Assembly: GCA_029933125.1 (NCBI GenBank)
Contig: JAOZOU010000009.1
Span: 10,194 to 74,193, forward strand
Reading direction: 5' to 3'
DNA: 64,000 bases
Source of the DNA: a bacterium
GTDB lineage: Bacteria; Arandabacterota; Arandabacteria; Arandabacterales; Arandabacteraceae
The notes beneath the pieces are model-generated. The model made no database searches and was not told the DNA's origin. It was given only the letters and a program-made list of their open reading frames with translations. Position 1 is the stretch's first letter; each line of letters begins with the position of its first letter. The position numbers were made by a program, and so were the translations under genes. Of this stretch, positions 47,675 through 58,100 are shown piece by piece.

Positions 47675-50600
47675 TTCGCCTCTTTCCCCGCCGCAATTGC
47701 CTCAAGGTAGGCTCTTATGAGATTCTCATATTCAGGTGGATAGTAGCCCTTCTTGCGATAGAGCATGTCCTGAAGAAACCTTTCTCTTTCCTCAAGCGAA
47801 AGCTCTGGCGGCGGTTTAATCTCATATTCTCCACCAGGTCTCGATTGACGCCTCCTCGAATAGTCTCTTCGCCTCAATGATTTTTGTGCATTGAGCAATC
47901 GGGTGAGAATCTTCTCCTGACGGCGTATTGTTTCCTCATCCACATGTTGATTCTTAAGATCATCAACAACTTTACGAGCTTCCTCTGCAAGATCGTCCAA
48001 TCTGCCAAGGATCTCACTTCGACCCCTAAGCTCCCGAGCAATATCTTCGATCCCTTTTCTCACAGTCTCCTGCTCCGCTGCAAGCCGAGCCATCTGAGCA
48101 CGCTGCTCCATAGAGAGCCCTCCCTGACTCAGATCCTGCAACTGCTGTGTCCCCATGTTGATTCCCATCTGCATGCAACACATGCTCTCAAGATTCTTGA
48201 AGGTTTCGCACAATCCACTCGGCGATGAGCAACTACTTGCCTGATCCATTGCATCCATGAGTGCTGTAACAAGCTGATTCATCTTACCCAGAGCAGCTCT
48301 ACCTTGCTGCCTGGCAAGTCCGGGCTTCTGCTGAGCAATGATTTCAGATGTACTCTCAAGATCTTTTGCTATCTGAAGAACAGCTCCGCCAAGGCGTGGA
48401 CCGATAAAGAGACTCTTGCGGGCTGCCTTGAAAATGTGATCGGCAACACGATCAAGCGCTTCCTTGTAGATAACCTCACGTCTGGCAAGATCCGAAAGCC
48501 TCTTCCCACGAGTTGTATCAATCTCAGCAAGGACCTCTTCATGGCGTTGCGATACATCTCTAAGTACATCGATGGCATTTCTGAGAGCTTCCATGAGGGC
48601 CCTCTTATCCTCACCCATAAGAGCATCGCGTGTGGTTTGAAGCATCATGGCGAGTTTAGCCATATCGACTTCAGCCTGCTTACCTTGTGCACTCGCTTCA
48701 GCCTGATTGCCAGCCTGCATCGCGGACATAGCCATTGACATCGAGCCCGAAATGTTTTGGGCCTTCAGGAATTCGCCCGCCTTGCGGATCTCTCCCTCGA
48801 GAGGATTACCCTGCTCCTTGAGAAGTTCGGCGAGCTGGTTCATCATCTCCTCAAGCGCATTTGTCTTATCAATTAGAGCCTTCTCCTTTGAAGCCGCCTC
48901 CTTAAGATCGCCACCCTCTTCAATCTTCTTGTTGAGCCCGCTCTGCTCATCTGCTATCTGCTTTGCAAGATTGGTGACGGCCTCCATCCTTTGTTGTAAT
49001 TTCATCTTCTTCAGGAGCTCAATTGTCCTATCGAGACGCCGCAGAAGATCCTCCTGAGATATGTTGAAGTTCTCCATCGCCTGTCTTATTTCCTCAGGTG
49101 AGAGCTGCTGGAGGGCTTGCTGCATCTTCTCAATAGCCTTGAGTAATTCCTCAGACGCAACCTCATTTATGAGCTGCCTCACCTCTTCCATCTTCTCAAT
49201 TATTTCAAAAGTGATGAGATTATTTTCGTTCATGCGGTTGAGTGTTTCATCGAGAGATGCTGAAATATCCTCGAGGCGATCAAGAAGTTCCTTGTGCTTC
49301 TCAAGATTCTGCTCGAGGGCTTGTTGCTCCTCCCATCCAACTTCTGACTTGCGCTTCATGTTTTCGATGAGATTGTCGATTTCCTCCTTAAGCTCGGAAG
49401 CTTCATCAGCAACCTCTTCCAGCTCACCGATATCCTGCTCCTGCTCATTCTCAATAGCCTGGTAAATCTCATGGATGGCCGGAACCTTGAATGTATGGAC
49501 ATCGCTCTTTGCATACTTGGGACCTTTGAGAGCATCGTTGTCAGCCACAGCAACCCAATAGGTCACAACGTCTCCAGGGAAAAGATTCAGTTCACTCACA
49601 TTCCAATCAAGATCTGCTCTTGCATGAGTGGTGCCTTTGAAATCGAGGGCTATGGATGAAGTCTCTGAAGGCGCAGCATAGTGAAGTCGCATCTGCGATA
49701 TGCCATAGTCATCAACAGCCACAACTGAAAGGGGGACAAGCATGTCAGCCTCAAGCATCATCTCTTCCTGCGGGCTTTCGATGCGAACGTAGGGTGGATC
49801 ATCAGGGACAACATTGATCGTGTGAGGCCCGTGGGGCTCGGAACTAAGCCCACCGGCTGCAAGGTTAATGGTGTATGATAGGTTCTCATGTATGGTCACC
49901 GAGATTGCCAGGGAGTCTTTGCGCTCGACGAGCTTCAGACGGTGCTGCTTCGGCTTGTTATCTTCTATTGTGAGCCAAGCGCTGTCAGGTTCACAATTGG
50001 CTTCAAGCAGGAATTGGACACGTGTACCATAGGGAGCAGTTATATCCCAGATTCCTTTGGGGAGGATCTGTTCATCTCTACCTGTGTAGGCTGGATAAGT
50101 GAGTTTAACTATGCCTCCGACTATTCTGGGTTTCTCATAGACTGAGATTGCATAGGTCGTACTCCTCTCATCTCCGTAAGTGACAAAGTAAGCTATGTCC
50201 CTGTCAACGCTTGGCAAGATGGTTGCGAAAACTCGCTTAGCCTTGCCCTCGGATTCAGCGAGATTCATTTCAAAGGCTGTCTCTGCACCATCTTGAAGCA
50301 TGTGAAGCGTGGCTCTTCCTGGGGTGAAGCCTGTAATCTCAGCCGAAACTGTGAGGCTATCGCCGGCAAGCATCTTGTGGTTACCAGGGCTTACCCGGAG
50401 TTCAATTCCACTTGAAGGCGTAAGAGCAAGGAAATATCCGAATCGCTCAAGGGAGTAGGAAAGAGTTGGGGAATCGTAGCTTCTCCAGGCAGCTGCAAAT
50501 GCAACTGTGGCGAGCAAGGGAATAGCCCAGAGAAGCAATCTCTTCTGACTTGCTATTACATCAATGCGCACACTTTCTATCTTCTGGTTTATATCCTCAA

Positions 50601-50991
50601 GCACTCGCTTGATGAGGATATTGGAATAGCCAAGGCGCTCACTATCAACCTCACTGAGCTCAAGAGCGGTTAAGACATCGTGCCCGATCTCTCGGAGCTC
50701 AGAAGCTATGCGAGCAGCATAGGCTTTTAGGGAATGGGAAACGGAAAAAACCCTTACCATCCCATAGACAAGCCCCGCAAATGCGCTGACTGCCGAGACA
50801 AGGGCAAGCAATCTCAACCACATCCTCGCAATTCCAAAGCCTAAGTCAAGAAAACTTGTCACAAGCCACCCGAAGCCCAAGATGGTGCAAGCGATGACAA
50901 TCGCAGTTGCAACTGCAATGAGAATGCTTTTAAGCCTGACCCTCTCAAGTCTGGAAACTATTTTCTCGATCGGTCCGTAGCGGGTTGGCAT
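47671..50991 (-). CDS. large membrane-anchored coiled-coil protein (DUF4175-like)
   Basis: 1106 aa; N-terminal TM helices, long E/K/L/Q-rich coiled-coil region, C-terminal YPPEYENLIRAYLEAIA motif; family call from memory, tentative. Confidence 0.5.
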   Translation of the reverse strand: MPTRYGPIEKIVSRLERVRLKSILIAVATAIVIACTILGFGWLVTSFLDLGFGIARMWLRLLALVSAVSAFAGLVYGMVRVFSVSHSLKAYAARIASELREIGHDVLTALELSEVDSERLGYSNILIKRVLEDINQKIESVRIDVIASQKRLLLWAIPLLATVAFAAAWRSYDSPTLSYSLERFGYFLALTPSSGIELRVSPGNHKMLAGDSLTVSAEITGFTPGRATLHMLQDGAETAFEMNLAESEGKAKRVFATILPSVDRDIAYFVTYGDERSTTYAISVYEKPRIVGGIVKLTYPAYTGRDEQILPKGIWDITAPYGTRVQFLLEANCEPDSAWLTIEDNKPKQHRLKLVERKDSLAISVTIHENLSYTINLAAGGLSSEPHGPHTINVVPDDPPYVRIESPQEEMMLEADMLVPLSVVAVDDYGISQMRLHYAAPSETSSIALDFKGTTHARADLDWNVSELNLFPGDVVTYWVAVADNDALKGPKYAKSDVHTFKVPAIHEIYQAIENEQEQDIGELEEVADEASELKEEIDNLIENMKRKSEVGWEEQQALEQNLEKHKELLDRLEDISASLDETLNRMNENNLITFEIIEKMEEVRQLINEVASEELLKAIEKMQQALQQLSPEEIRQAMENFNISQEDLLRRLDRTIELLKKMKLQQRMEAVTNLAKQIADEQSGLNKKIEEGGDLKEAASKEKALIDKTNALEEMMNQLAELLKEQGNPLEGEIRKAGEFLKAQNISGSMSMAMSAMQAGNQAEASAQGKQAEVDMAKLAMMLQTTRDALMGEDKRALMEALRNAIDVLRDVSQRHEEVLAEIDTTRGKRLSDLARREVIYKEALDRVADHIFKAARKSLFIGPRLGGAVLQIAKDLESTSEIIAQQKPGLARQQGRAALGKMNQLVTALMDAMDQASSCSSPSGLCETFKNLESMCCMQMGINMGTQQLQDLSQGGLSMEQRAQMARLAAEQETVRKGIEDIARELRGRSEILGRLDDLAEEARKVVDDLKNQHVDEETIRRQEKILTRLLNAQKSLRRRDYSRRRQSRPGGEYEIKPPPELSLEERERFLQDMLYRKKGYYPPEYENLIRAYLEAIAAGKEAK

Positions 50992-51203
50992 CGGCTACCT
51001 CTGTTGTTATATCTGGCTGCTACCGCTGTTGGCCAGCCCCTTGGGCGTGTCTATTACCAGGCCTTATAGATACCTCTCTAGCATATGTCCATTGGTCATT
51101 GAGTGCTTCATCGGTGCCACACAGGCGCACCTTAAAATTAGTGGTCTCGCATGAAATCTGTGCCCGTGCTTCACCAAACTCCTCTAAGATGCACCTAACC
51201 TAT

Positions 51204-51872
51204 CTAATGAGTGAGTGCATAGGCGACTATGTTGATTGCCATCTTCATCGCAGCTTCACGCTTCTCAGGTGGATCGTGGTGAACCTCAGCATCCTCGAGC
51301 CCACAGCCTATGTCAGTATTATACGAGTAGAAAACGACAAGCCTGCCGTTGTGGATGATACCATAACCATGCGGTGGACCGCCATGGTGCTCATGTATTT
51401 TAGGAAGTCCTGAGTTGAAGTCGTAGACCATGTGATAGATTTCATGGTCAAAAGGCAATTCAACGAGCTCGTCATCTGGGAAGACCTTGCGGATCTCACG
51501 CCGGAAATACTCATCCATACCATAGCAATCATCCGCCCACAGGAACCCTCCTGATTCAAGATAAAGCCTGAGTTTGGCAGCTTCCTCACCCGAAAATTTC
51601 ACCTTACCATGACCAGTCATGTAGATGAAGGGATAAGCGAAAAGGTGTTCGTCGAGAAGGGTTACTCGAGCCTCTTCACCAGTCGGTATTCCTAGGACCT
51701 TTTCAACCTGAGTAAGGAGATTGGGAAGCGATGTGGGATCGGTATACCAATCGCCACCACCCCGGTACTTGACCCTCGCAATTGTGAACTCGCCGGGACG
51801 GGCCTCTGCCATGGCAGCTTGAGATGTGGTGAGCAAGAGCAAGATGGCCGCTACAACGAATTTTCTTAGCAT
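51204..51872 (-). CDS. DUF4159-like exported protein
   Basis: 222 aa; signal peptide; motifs RVKYRGGGDWYTDP, FIYMTGHGKVKFSGEEAAKLRLYLESGGFLWADDCYG, HDPPEKREAAMK; tentative family assignment from memory. Confidence 0.5.
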   Translation of the reverse strand: MLRKFVVAAILLLLTTSQAAMAEARPGEFTIARVKYRGGGDWYTDPTSLPNLLTQVEKVLGIPTGEEARVTLLDEHLFAYPFIYMTGHGKVKFSGEEAAKLRLYLESGGFLWADDCYGMDEYFRREIRKVFPDDELVELPFDHEIYHMVYDFNSGLPKIHEHHGGPPHGYGIIHNGRLVVFYSYNTDIGCGLEDAEVHHDPPEKREAAMKMAINIVAYALTH

Positions 51873-51906
51873 CTGCTACAGTTAAACCCCTTAAATAGCC
51901 TACCTC

Positions 51907-51936
51907 AATATAATTTGATGTTTGGAACTAAGTCAA
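51907..51936 (-). promoter_or_regulatory. candidate sigma70-type promoter for the DUF4159 operon (TTGACT-18 nt-TATATT on reverse strand)
   Basis: Reverse-strand TTGACT (51936-51931), 18-nt spacer, TATATT (51912-51907), about 35 nt upstream of ATG 51872. Confidence 0.3.
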
Positions 51937-52865
51937 CCAGCGTGAATCCACATTGTGTCTTCCCGAATTATGAAACCCCTGAAGGAGAACAAGCGTTCCC
52001 GTGGTTGGCGTTTCGGTCCTTTCGGTGAGATTCGCTGGCTGGGGTGCGGCTGGGTGAATCAGACTTGCCGGAGGCTAGCTGGAGACCTGGGGCTTGCGGA
52101 CTGGGTGGATCAGGCTTGCTGGAGCTGCCCGGGATAAGCGGCTGAGTTACGAGGGATGCGCCTCCTATACCATTGCCGTACTGTCTTGGCTCGTCCAATT
52201 CTCCCCTTTTCGTATCTCATCCATTTTGCTGTCTCATCTCTTCCTTCCGCCTCATCTTCTCCATTCCACCCTCCCCAATATATCACCTTTTGCCTCTCGT
52301 CCTTTCTCGTGTCATCTTGCCATCCTTTATCATCTTGCCTCTCTCTGTTGTGCAAGCCAATTGTCATCCTGGCAAACTCAACTCATGGCTCCTTTCGGCC
52401 TCGTCCTTTTGCAATTGTCCTCTTGCCACGCGCCCTCCCCAGCGCCCTCCCCCCGACCTCCACGCTCTCATCCTCTTGCCCTCGTCCGACTGAGCAGTAC
52501 CAGCCTGGCTCTAATGCTTAACACCCTGGTTTGAATGGCTTAGCCAGCAATCATGAGCCAGTGCTCGCGCAATCACCATCCAGCAATTGCCACCTATGCC
52601 ATCCAAATGTAGCGAATTGGCTCCACCGCATGAATGCACCTCGCACCCCATCCGTCTTGAGAAAGCAAGAATGAGACCTGTGACAGGTTAGCGGTTAGCC
52701 AGGGTCTTGGACAGTAATCAGATTCGCAGGTGGATAACCCTTGGAAAAGCCTTAATGTCGAGCAAAAGCCATCGAATGCAATCTAAAAATTCATAACACG
52801 ATCCGGGTGGCACGGAAGGGGGGCAAGAACATGCCCTCAGCCACAGCCTAAAGCCTCCAGATAGC

Positions 52866-53177
52866 CTAAAACAGGCCCTGATCATCCTCAGTATCGAGGA
52901 GATCCATCAACTCCATGTCGATGTAATCTTCTGATTCTAAGTCCTTCTCGCTTTCCTCCAATTGATCCCTTTCATTGTAGCAATCTTCACAATAAATCTC
53001 TCCAGCCTCCTCGATCTGACAAAGTTTGCACAGTGGCACTCCACAAACACAACAGATAGAGTCGGCATCTGCTTTCGGATGAAAGTGACACTTCACGTTG
53101 CCCACCCCCTCAGGCGGTGCCACCTCGGCACCTGGTTTTCTCGCAATCCCATTAATACCAACCCCATCGCTTGTCAA
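52866..53177 (-). CDS. small B-box-type zinc-finger protein with acidic C-terminal tail
   Basis: 103 aa; CHFHP...CCVCGVPLCKLC...YCEDC cysteine/histidine arrangement; C-terminus rich in D/E. Confidence 0.5.
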   Translation of the reverse strand: MTSDGVGINGIARKPGAEVAPPEGVGNVKCHFHPKADADSICCVCGVPLCKLCQIEEAGEIYCEDCYNERDQLEESEKDLESEDYIDMELMDLLDTEDDQGLF

Positions 53178-53269
53178 GAGGAATATTTTGCTCGGTTTTG
53201 GGCTGCTTAGCGAGGCTTAGCAATCACATGGGGCGATGGGAAGGAGTCTGCGGGATTCAAAGCTCGGCC

Positions 53270-53839
53270 TCAGGCTTTTCCTGCGATGACAAGATAGTGG
53301 TAGGAGCTAATCTCGAGGTTTTTCTCTACCGAAAAGGAGGCTGCTTCTAGATATGCTGTCAGCTCATCTGGCGAGATTCTCACCCCGAGTGGTGGACCAG
53401 GGGGCCCCTCTATCTTCTTAAACTCGACTATCATGAATCTCCCAGATGGCTTGAGAATTCTCGAAACCTCTCTCACCGTTGAGATGCGATCTCCATCTTG
53501 GAGAATGTCATGGAGCACTGTGAAAGCAAGAGCAACATCGATGCTTCCGTCACTCAGGGGAATTCGCGATCTTATATCAGCGACAATTGGTATCACATTC
53601 TCAACACAATTGCGAGCCATCTTCTCCTTCAACATCCTAATTCCTTCCTCCCAGAGATCGATGGCAAATACAAGGGCACGTCCCGATAGGTTTCGAGCAA
53701 CAGCGAGTGCGTATTCTCCAACGCCGCACCCAAGATCTGCAACCTTAAGATCCTTGCCGATGGCGAGCTCGGCGAGCAAGCGCTCGGAGTCGATCAGACC
53801 AAAACTGCTTCTCCCTGCCCCTCTTGGCTTATCTTGCAT
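53270..53839 (-). CDS. class I SAM-dependent methyltransferase
   Basis: SAM-binding motif VADLGCGVGEY, motif II/III region (VDVALAFTVLHD, ILKPSGRFMIVEF); start at internal Met preferred (track 53947). Confidence 0.75.
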   Translation of the reverse strand: MQDKPRGAGRSSFGLIDSERLLAELAIGKDLKVADLGCGVGEYALAVARNLSGRALVFAIDLWEEGIRMLKEKMARNCVENVIPIVADIRSRIPLSDGSIDVALAFTVLHDILQDGDRISTVREVSRILKPSGRFMIVEFKKIEGPPGPPLGVRISPDELTAYLEAASFSVEKNLEISSYHYLVIAGKA

Positions 53840-53975
53840 GATCCGTAACCTCGGGACAATCTCACGAGGTGGTTGCCATCGCGAGATTATCTTTGTGACG
53901 CTAACGTAAACTTTTGCTTGGTGCGCGTCAATCGTTTGGAGGTACAAGGCTCAAAGCCAGAGGAGCGAGATTGCA

Positions 53976-54066
53976 GATTTTTAGCTCCGACCCCAAAATC
54001 AGCAATTTGAAGATTTTTAGCTCCGACCCCAAAATCAGCAGTTTGAAGATTTTTAGCTCCGACCCC
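53976..54066. repeat. repeat element locus 3: three tandem 36-bp units containing the same 17-19 bp core, reverse orientation
   Basis: GATTTTTAGCTCCGACCCC at 53976-53994, 54012-54030, 54048-54066 with near-identical 17-bp spacers; lies between divergent genes. Confidence 0.8.
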
Positions 54067-54111
54067 GAGGGGGGTTGACAGGGTGGGGCGTGGCTCTTAG
54101 CATAGGGTTGT

Positions 54112-55188
54112 ATGGGAAGAAGGTGGCTTTCATCGATTGCAGTAGCTTTGGTGCTCATTGGCACGGTGGTCTCCACCCACACAGCTGAGACCAATACTCC
54201 CCTAACCCGCGCTCCCGATTTCATCTTGCGAGAATGTGTCCTTGCCGATAGTATCCACCTTGCAGATTTCAGCGATCACCCTGTCTTGCTCTTCTTCTTT
54301 GACGCTGGCGACGCAGCCATGCGCCCAGCCTATCCCTACCTCAACGAATGGCAACGCCGCTACAAGAATGACGGCCTTAAGGTGATCGGAATTCACTGTC
54401 CTCAATATGAACCGCTCAAGAAGATGGAAAACGCCTCAACCGCAATTGGACGTGCTGGCCTTAAGTTCCCGGTTGGTATGGATTGGGATTGGAAAGTTTT
54501 CAATTCTTTTCATCTTGAGCAACTCCCAACCTTTGTCTTGCTAGGTCCAGGACTTAAACCTTCCTATTCAGTTTCGCGGCTGAGAGCATATACTGAGGTT
54601 GAACAGGCTATCCAGAATCTCCTCAAGCAACTCAAACCAGGCATAATCCTCCCGTTTCTCGTAAAGCACATAAGACCTGAGGACAATCCTCAGCTTAGGC
54701 TGCTTGAGACCACGCCTAAAATCGAATTGGGCTATACCTCGGGGAGCATTGCCAACTGTGATTCCTCAGATTTTGGGAAGTTTGCCGTTTACACAGATCC
54801 AGGTGATAGGAAAAAGGGAGTTGTCTATCTCGATGGACGATGGCGGGTCGATGAGAAAGGCATTACATGCAAGCTGGACTCATCCTACACCAGAGCACGT
54901 CTGCGTGTGCTCTATAGCGGCAAAGCGGTTTGGCTACTCGCAGATTTTCCCCCAGGCAAACCACCCAGGATCTACGTGAAACAGGATAGATCATATCTTC
55001 CTTCCGAGCTCTGGGGCAATGACATAAGATTTGACGAGATGGTTCACCCATTTGTCCTCATACGCTATGCAGTCCCTCTGCACATTGTTGAGAACAAAAC
55101 CCATGGAGCTCACCAGCTCGAACTCATTATCGAGGACGGCGCTGCGACTTTCTATTATCTGTTTTTCGAGAGCGCCGTTGAGCGTTAG
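54112..55188 (+). CDS. exported thioredoxin-like fold protein lacking CxxC, with C-terminal domain of unknown function
   Basis: Signal peptide; TlpA/redoxin-like pattern (PVLLFFFDAGDAAMRPAYPYL...GLKVIGIH...FPVGMDWDWKVF...LPTFVLLG) with FDAGDAAM in place of W-C-x-x-C. Confidence 0.55.
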   Translation: MGRRWLSSIAVALVLIGTVVSTHTAETNTPLTRAPDFILRECVLADSIHLADFSDHPVLLFFFDAGDAAMRPAYPYLNEWQRRYKNDGLKVIGIHCPQYEPLKKMENASTAIGRAGLKFPVGMDWDWKVFNSFHLEQLPTFVLLGPGLKPSYSVSRLRAYTEVEQAIQNLLKQLKPGIILPFLVKHIRPEDNPQLRLLETTPKIELGYTSGSIANCDSSDFGKFAVYTDPGDRKKGVVYLDGRWRVDEKGITCKLDSSYTRARLRVLYSGKAVWLLADFPPGKPPRIYVKQDRSYLPSELWGNDIRFDEMVHPFVLIRYAVPLHIVENKTHGAHQLELIIEDGAATFYYLFFESAVER

Positions 55189-58100
55189 GTCGTTCAGGTA
55201 GTGGTAGTCTGACCCTCACCGTCGTTCCTTCTCCAGGTGTGCTCTCAATAACGATCTCCCCGGCATAGCCATCAACGATGTTCTTGCAAATAGCAAGTCC
55301 TAGCCCAGAGCCTTGCGTTTTGGTCGAGAAATTAGGCTCAAAGAGATATTCGGAATTCTCGGGATCAATTCCTACACCGGTATCTGCAAAGCTTATCTCT
55401 ATGTATCCCCGCAGAGGCTCAGCGCCAGGAGGTCGAGTGCTTACCCTGAAAGCCTTGGTGGTCGAAGTCCGACCCCAGGAGCGTGCAGTCCTTACAGTTA
55501 AAGTGCCTCCATTCGGCATAGCCTGGACAGCATTTTCTATGAGATTGAGAAAGACTCTCTTTAACTCGTCTCTATCGAGTCTGAGCTTGGGAATTGCCTC
55601 ATCGAGCATCTTCCTTATCTCAATACCCTCACCTGGCGCTTGCTCATATTGTTTGATGCATTCCTCAAGTACGGCATTCACATCGGTCATTTCAAGGCGA
55701 CGCTCAGGCATTCTCGCAAATTGAGAAAATTCAACTGCGATTCGGCGAAGTGATTCAATCTGCTCAACTATTGTTGCAACACTATCCTCGAGGATACGAT
55801 CAAAATCACCAACTCCATCGCGATGACACTGCAGAAGATGTTGAATCGAGAGTTTCATAGGTGTAAGTGGATTTTTTATCTCATGGGCAACCTGCCTTGC
55901 CATCTCACTCCAGGCAATAAGCTGCTTCGACCTTATAAGCTCGGTGACATCCTCGAAAACCATGACCCGCCCCATGGGTTTCCCACGAGGACCCTTAACT
56001 ATGGACGCAACTGCTCTAAGCGTCGCGATCCTACCATCCTTACGAGCGATGGTTACTTCCTTTGCAACAATGTCGCGCCTCGCATTGACTTCCCTCATAA
56101 CAGCCGCCAAGCCCGAGGCACCGATCTTGGTAAGCAAGCGAGTTGCATCCCCTCCCCTTGCATTCCTCCCTTTGACACCGAGGATCCTCTCAGCAGTTGG
56201 ATTAAAGGTGTCAATGCGCCCCCTACTATCTGTGGATATTATGCCTGCGCCGACATTGCTTATTATTGTCTCTATGTAGCGCTTCCTCTCACTCAACGCC
56301 TTCCGACTACGAGCCAGAGCCTGAGTCATCCTGTTGAAGGAATCCACTAGATCCCCAATCTCATCGTCTCCTGAACGTGGAATGGTGAATCGCAAATCCC
56401 CTGAACCGATCCTTAAGGTTCCCTGAATCAATTCCCTTATGGGTTGCGATATTCTTCTAGCAAGAAGAAGCCCAAGGATAAATATTGCACCTATTACAAC
56501 GACGATGAGGTAGGATATCGCTGCTGAGGTCCATTCCATGCGTCTGCCGATTTCATCTTTCCTGAAAACAACCGGAACTGATATGGCACCTATCACATTA
56601 CCCCTGAAGTCCCTCAAGGGGCTGTAGCCCATGACGACATCTGCCTTGCCGATCTTCTCCCAGGCGAAATCGCGCTCACGACCCTCAAGAAAACAATTGG
56701 CATAGGCTTCCGGGGAGACGCGATCGCTCACAAGTTCTGAGACAAAGACCTCGCGAGAGCTTGAAGCGGCAAGTTTGCCGAGACTGAAGAAATTGATGTC
56801 TCTGCCCAGCTCTATTGCGAGCTGGCGAGCCAGCCTATCGTCTATTGGACGTGAAACAAAAGCGCATCCGGTTATTATGCTCGGCGTTATCTCATCCTTT
56901 ATGGGAAATGCCGACTTGGCGACAAGTCCACCTTCAACTGAGAAAAAGCTTAAGGCTTCCCCTCGCTTAAGAGTCCTGTCAAGAACCTCATTAGGCACAA
57001 CAGGATTGCCATACCTGGCAACGACGTTACCGTCTGCATCGAAGACTTCGGCGGTGCTGCCTGGCTTCACGAGATTAGCAATAAGTGATGGTTCATCCTC
57101 AAGAGCAGCCATGAGAATTGGATTCTCAACAAATCTTTCTGCATCGTCACGAACAAGCCTTTCAAGAGCAAGCCGTGCAAGTTTGAGCCCTTCCTCAGCT
57201 CGGGATTCCATAACTTCCCTAAATCTCACTCCAAGAAAGCCCCTGCTGGCTGTCCCGAGAATGAGGGTTGGCACTATGGCAATGAGCACAAAGCCAAGGG
57301 CGAGCTTGTGTGCAAAACTCCAGCGCAGCCTCAATCTTGATGCTCCGCGCATCCTGCGGATGCTATAGCTTAGAGCTTGAATGAGCCCTGATATCACAAG
57401 GAGGCAGAAACCGAGGATGGCATAGCCAACTAAAACAGCCATGTAATAGACAGCGAGATCACTCACGCCGGGTATGGGAAAACTGAAAAGGATTCCCTCG
57501 AAACGGCCCTCAGGTCTGATCACGTAGCAACGGTAACGAGTCCCACCAATCCTATGTTCAAACCAGAAGGGCTTGGTTATATCTCTGCCCTCAAGTGCTT
57601 TTATCCTTTTGCCAACCTCAAACACGCTTGATGTTGTGCCCACCACCCTGCCTGATTTCACAACACTCGCATCGAGGTCATAGGTGAGCTCAGCGCCACC
57701 GGCACCCCTTCCACCGACAACGTCAAAAAGGCCCGGGGAAGATGCAACGAGTGATTCAACATCGCTATAGCCATGCGGAATAGCAATCACTATACAACCC
57801 AGATACCTTTCCCCTTCGAAGAACGGAATGAGGCCAAGATGGACAGGAAGCGTTCGAGGTCCGATTGTTGCAGTGGTGACTTCTATTATCTTCTGCATTG
57901 AAAGGCGTGCACGCCTTATCACGCTTTCTATTCCAGAGATATCCCCAACTTCACCAGGAGCAAATCTTCCAACTATGTTGTCATGAGGGCCAAGAATATA
58001 GATGCCACCATTTAAGCCTGCGCGACTTATGATCGAATTTGCCCAGAGCCTGAGGGCAAAAGCATCAAGCCCACCTTTCGCATCCTTCAAAGCCTCAAGC

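Noticed and set aside
51955-52534. Overlapping short ORFs in the 52-kb non-coding stretch (e.g. 52094-52534, 52110-52367)
   Set aside because: Mutually overlapping on both strands, low-complexity products (Pro/Ser/Leu-rich or charged), no starts with RBS; more consistent with non-coding DNA.
51873-52865. tmRNA, RNase P RNA, SRP RNA or tRNA in the long non-coding region and other intergenic gaps
   Set aside because: I could not find the conserved T-loop GGTTCGA(A/T)TCC-type motifs or other hallmark sequences by eye. A covariance-model scan would be needed to exclude them.
10244-54066. CRISPR array interpretation of the GGGGTCGGAGCTAAAAA repeat loci (10244-10383, 43543-43732, 53976-54066)
   Set aside because: Core is only 17-19 bp with about 17-bp spacers that are near-identical to each other; arrays have at most 3 units; inverted copies are present; no cas genes are in the window. 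A tandem or inverted repeat element fits better.
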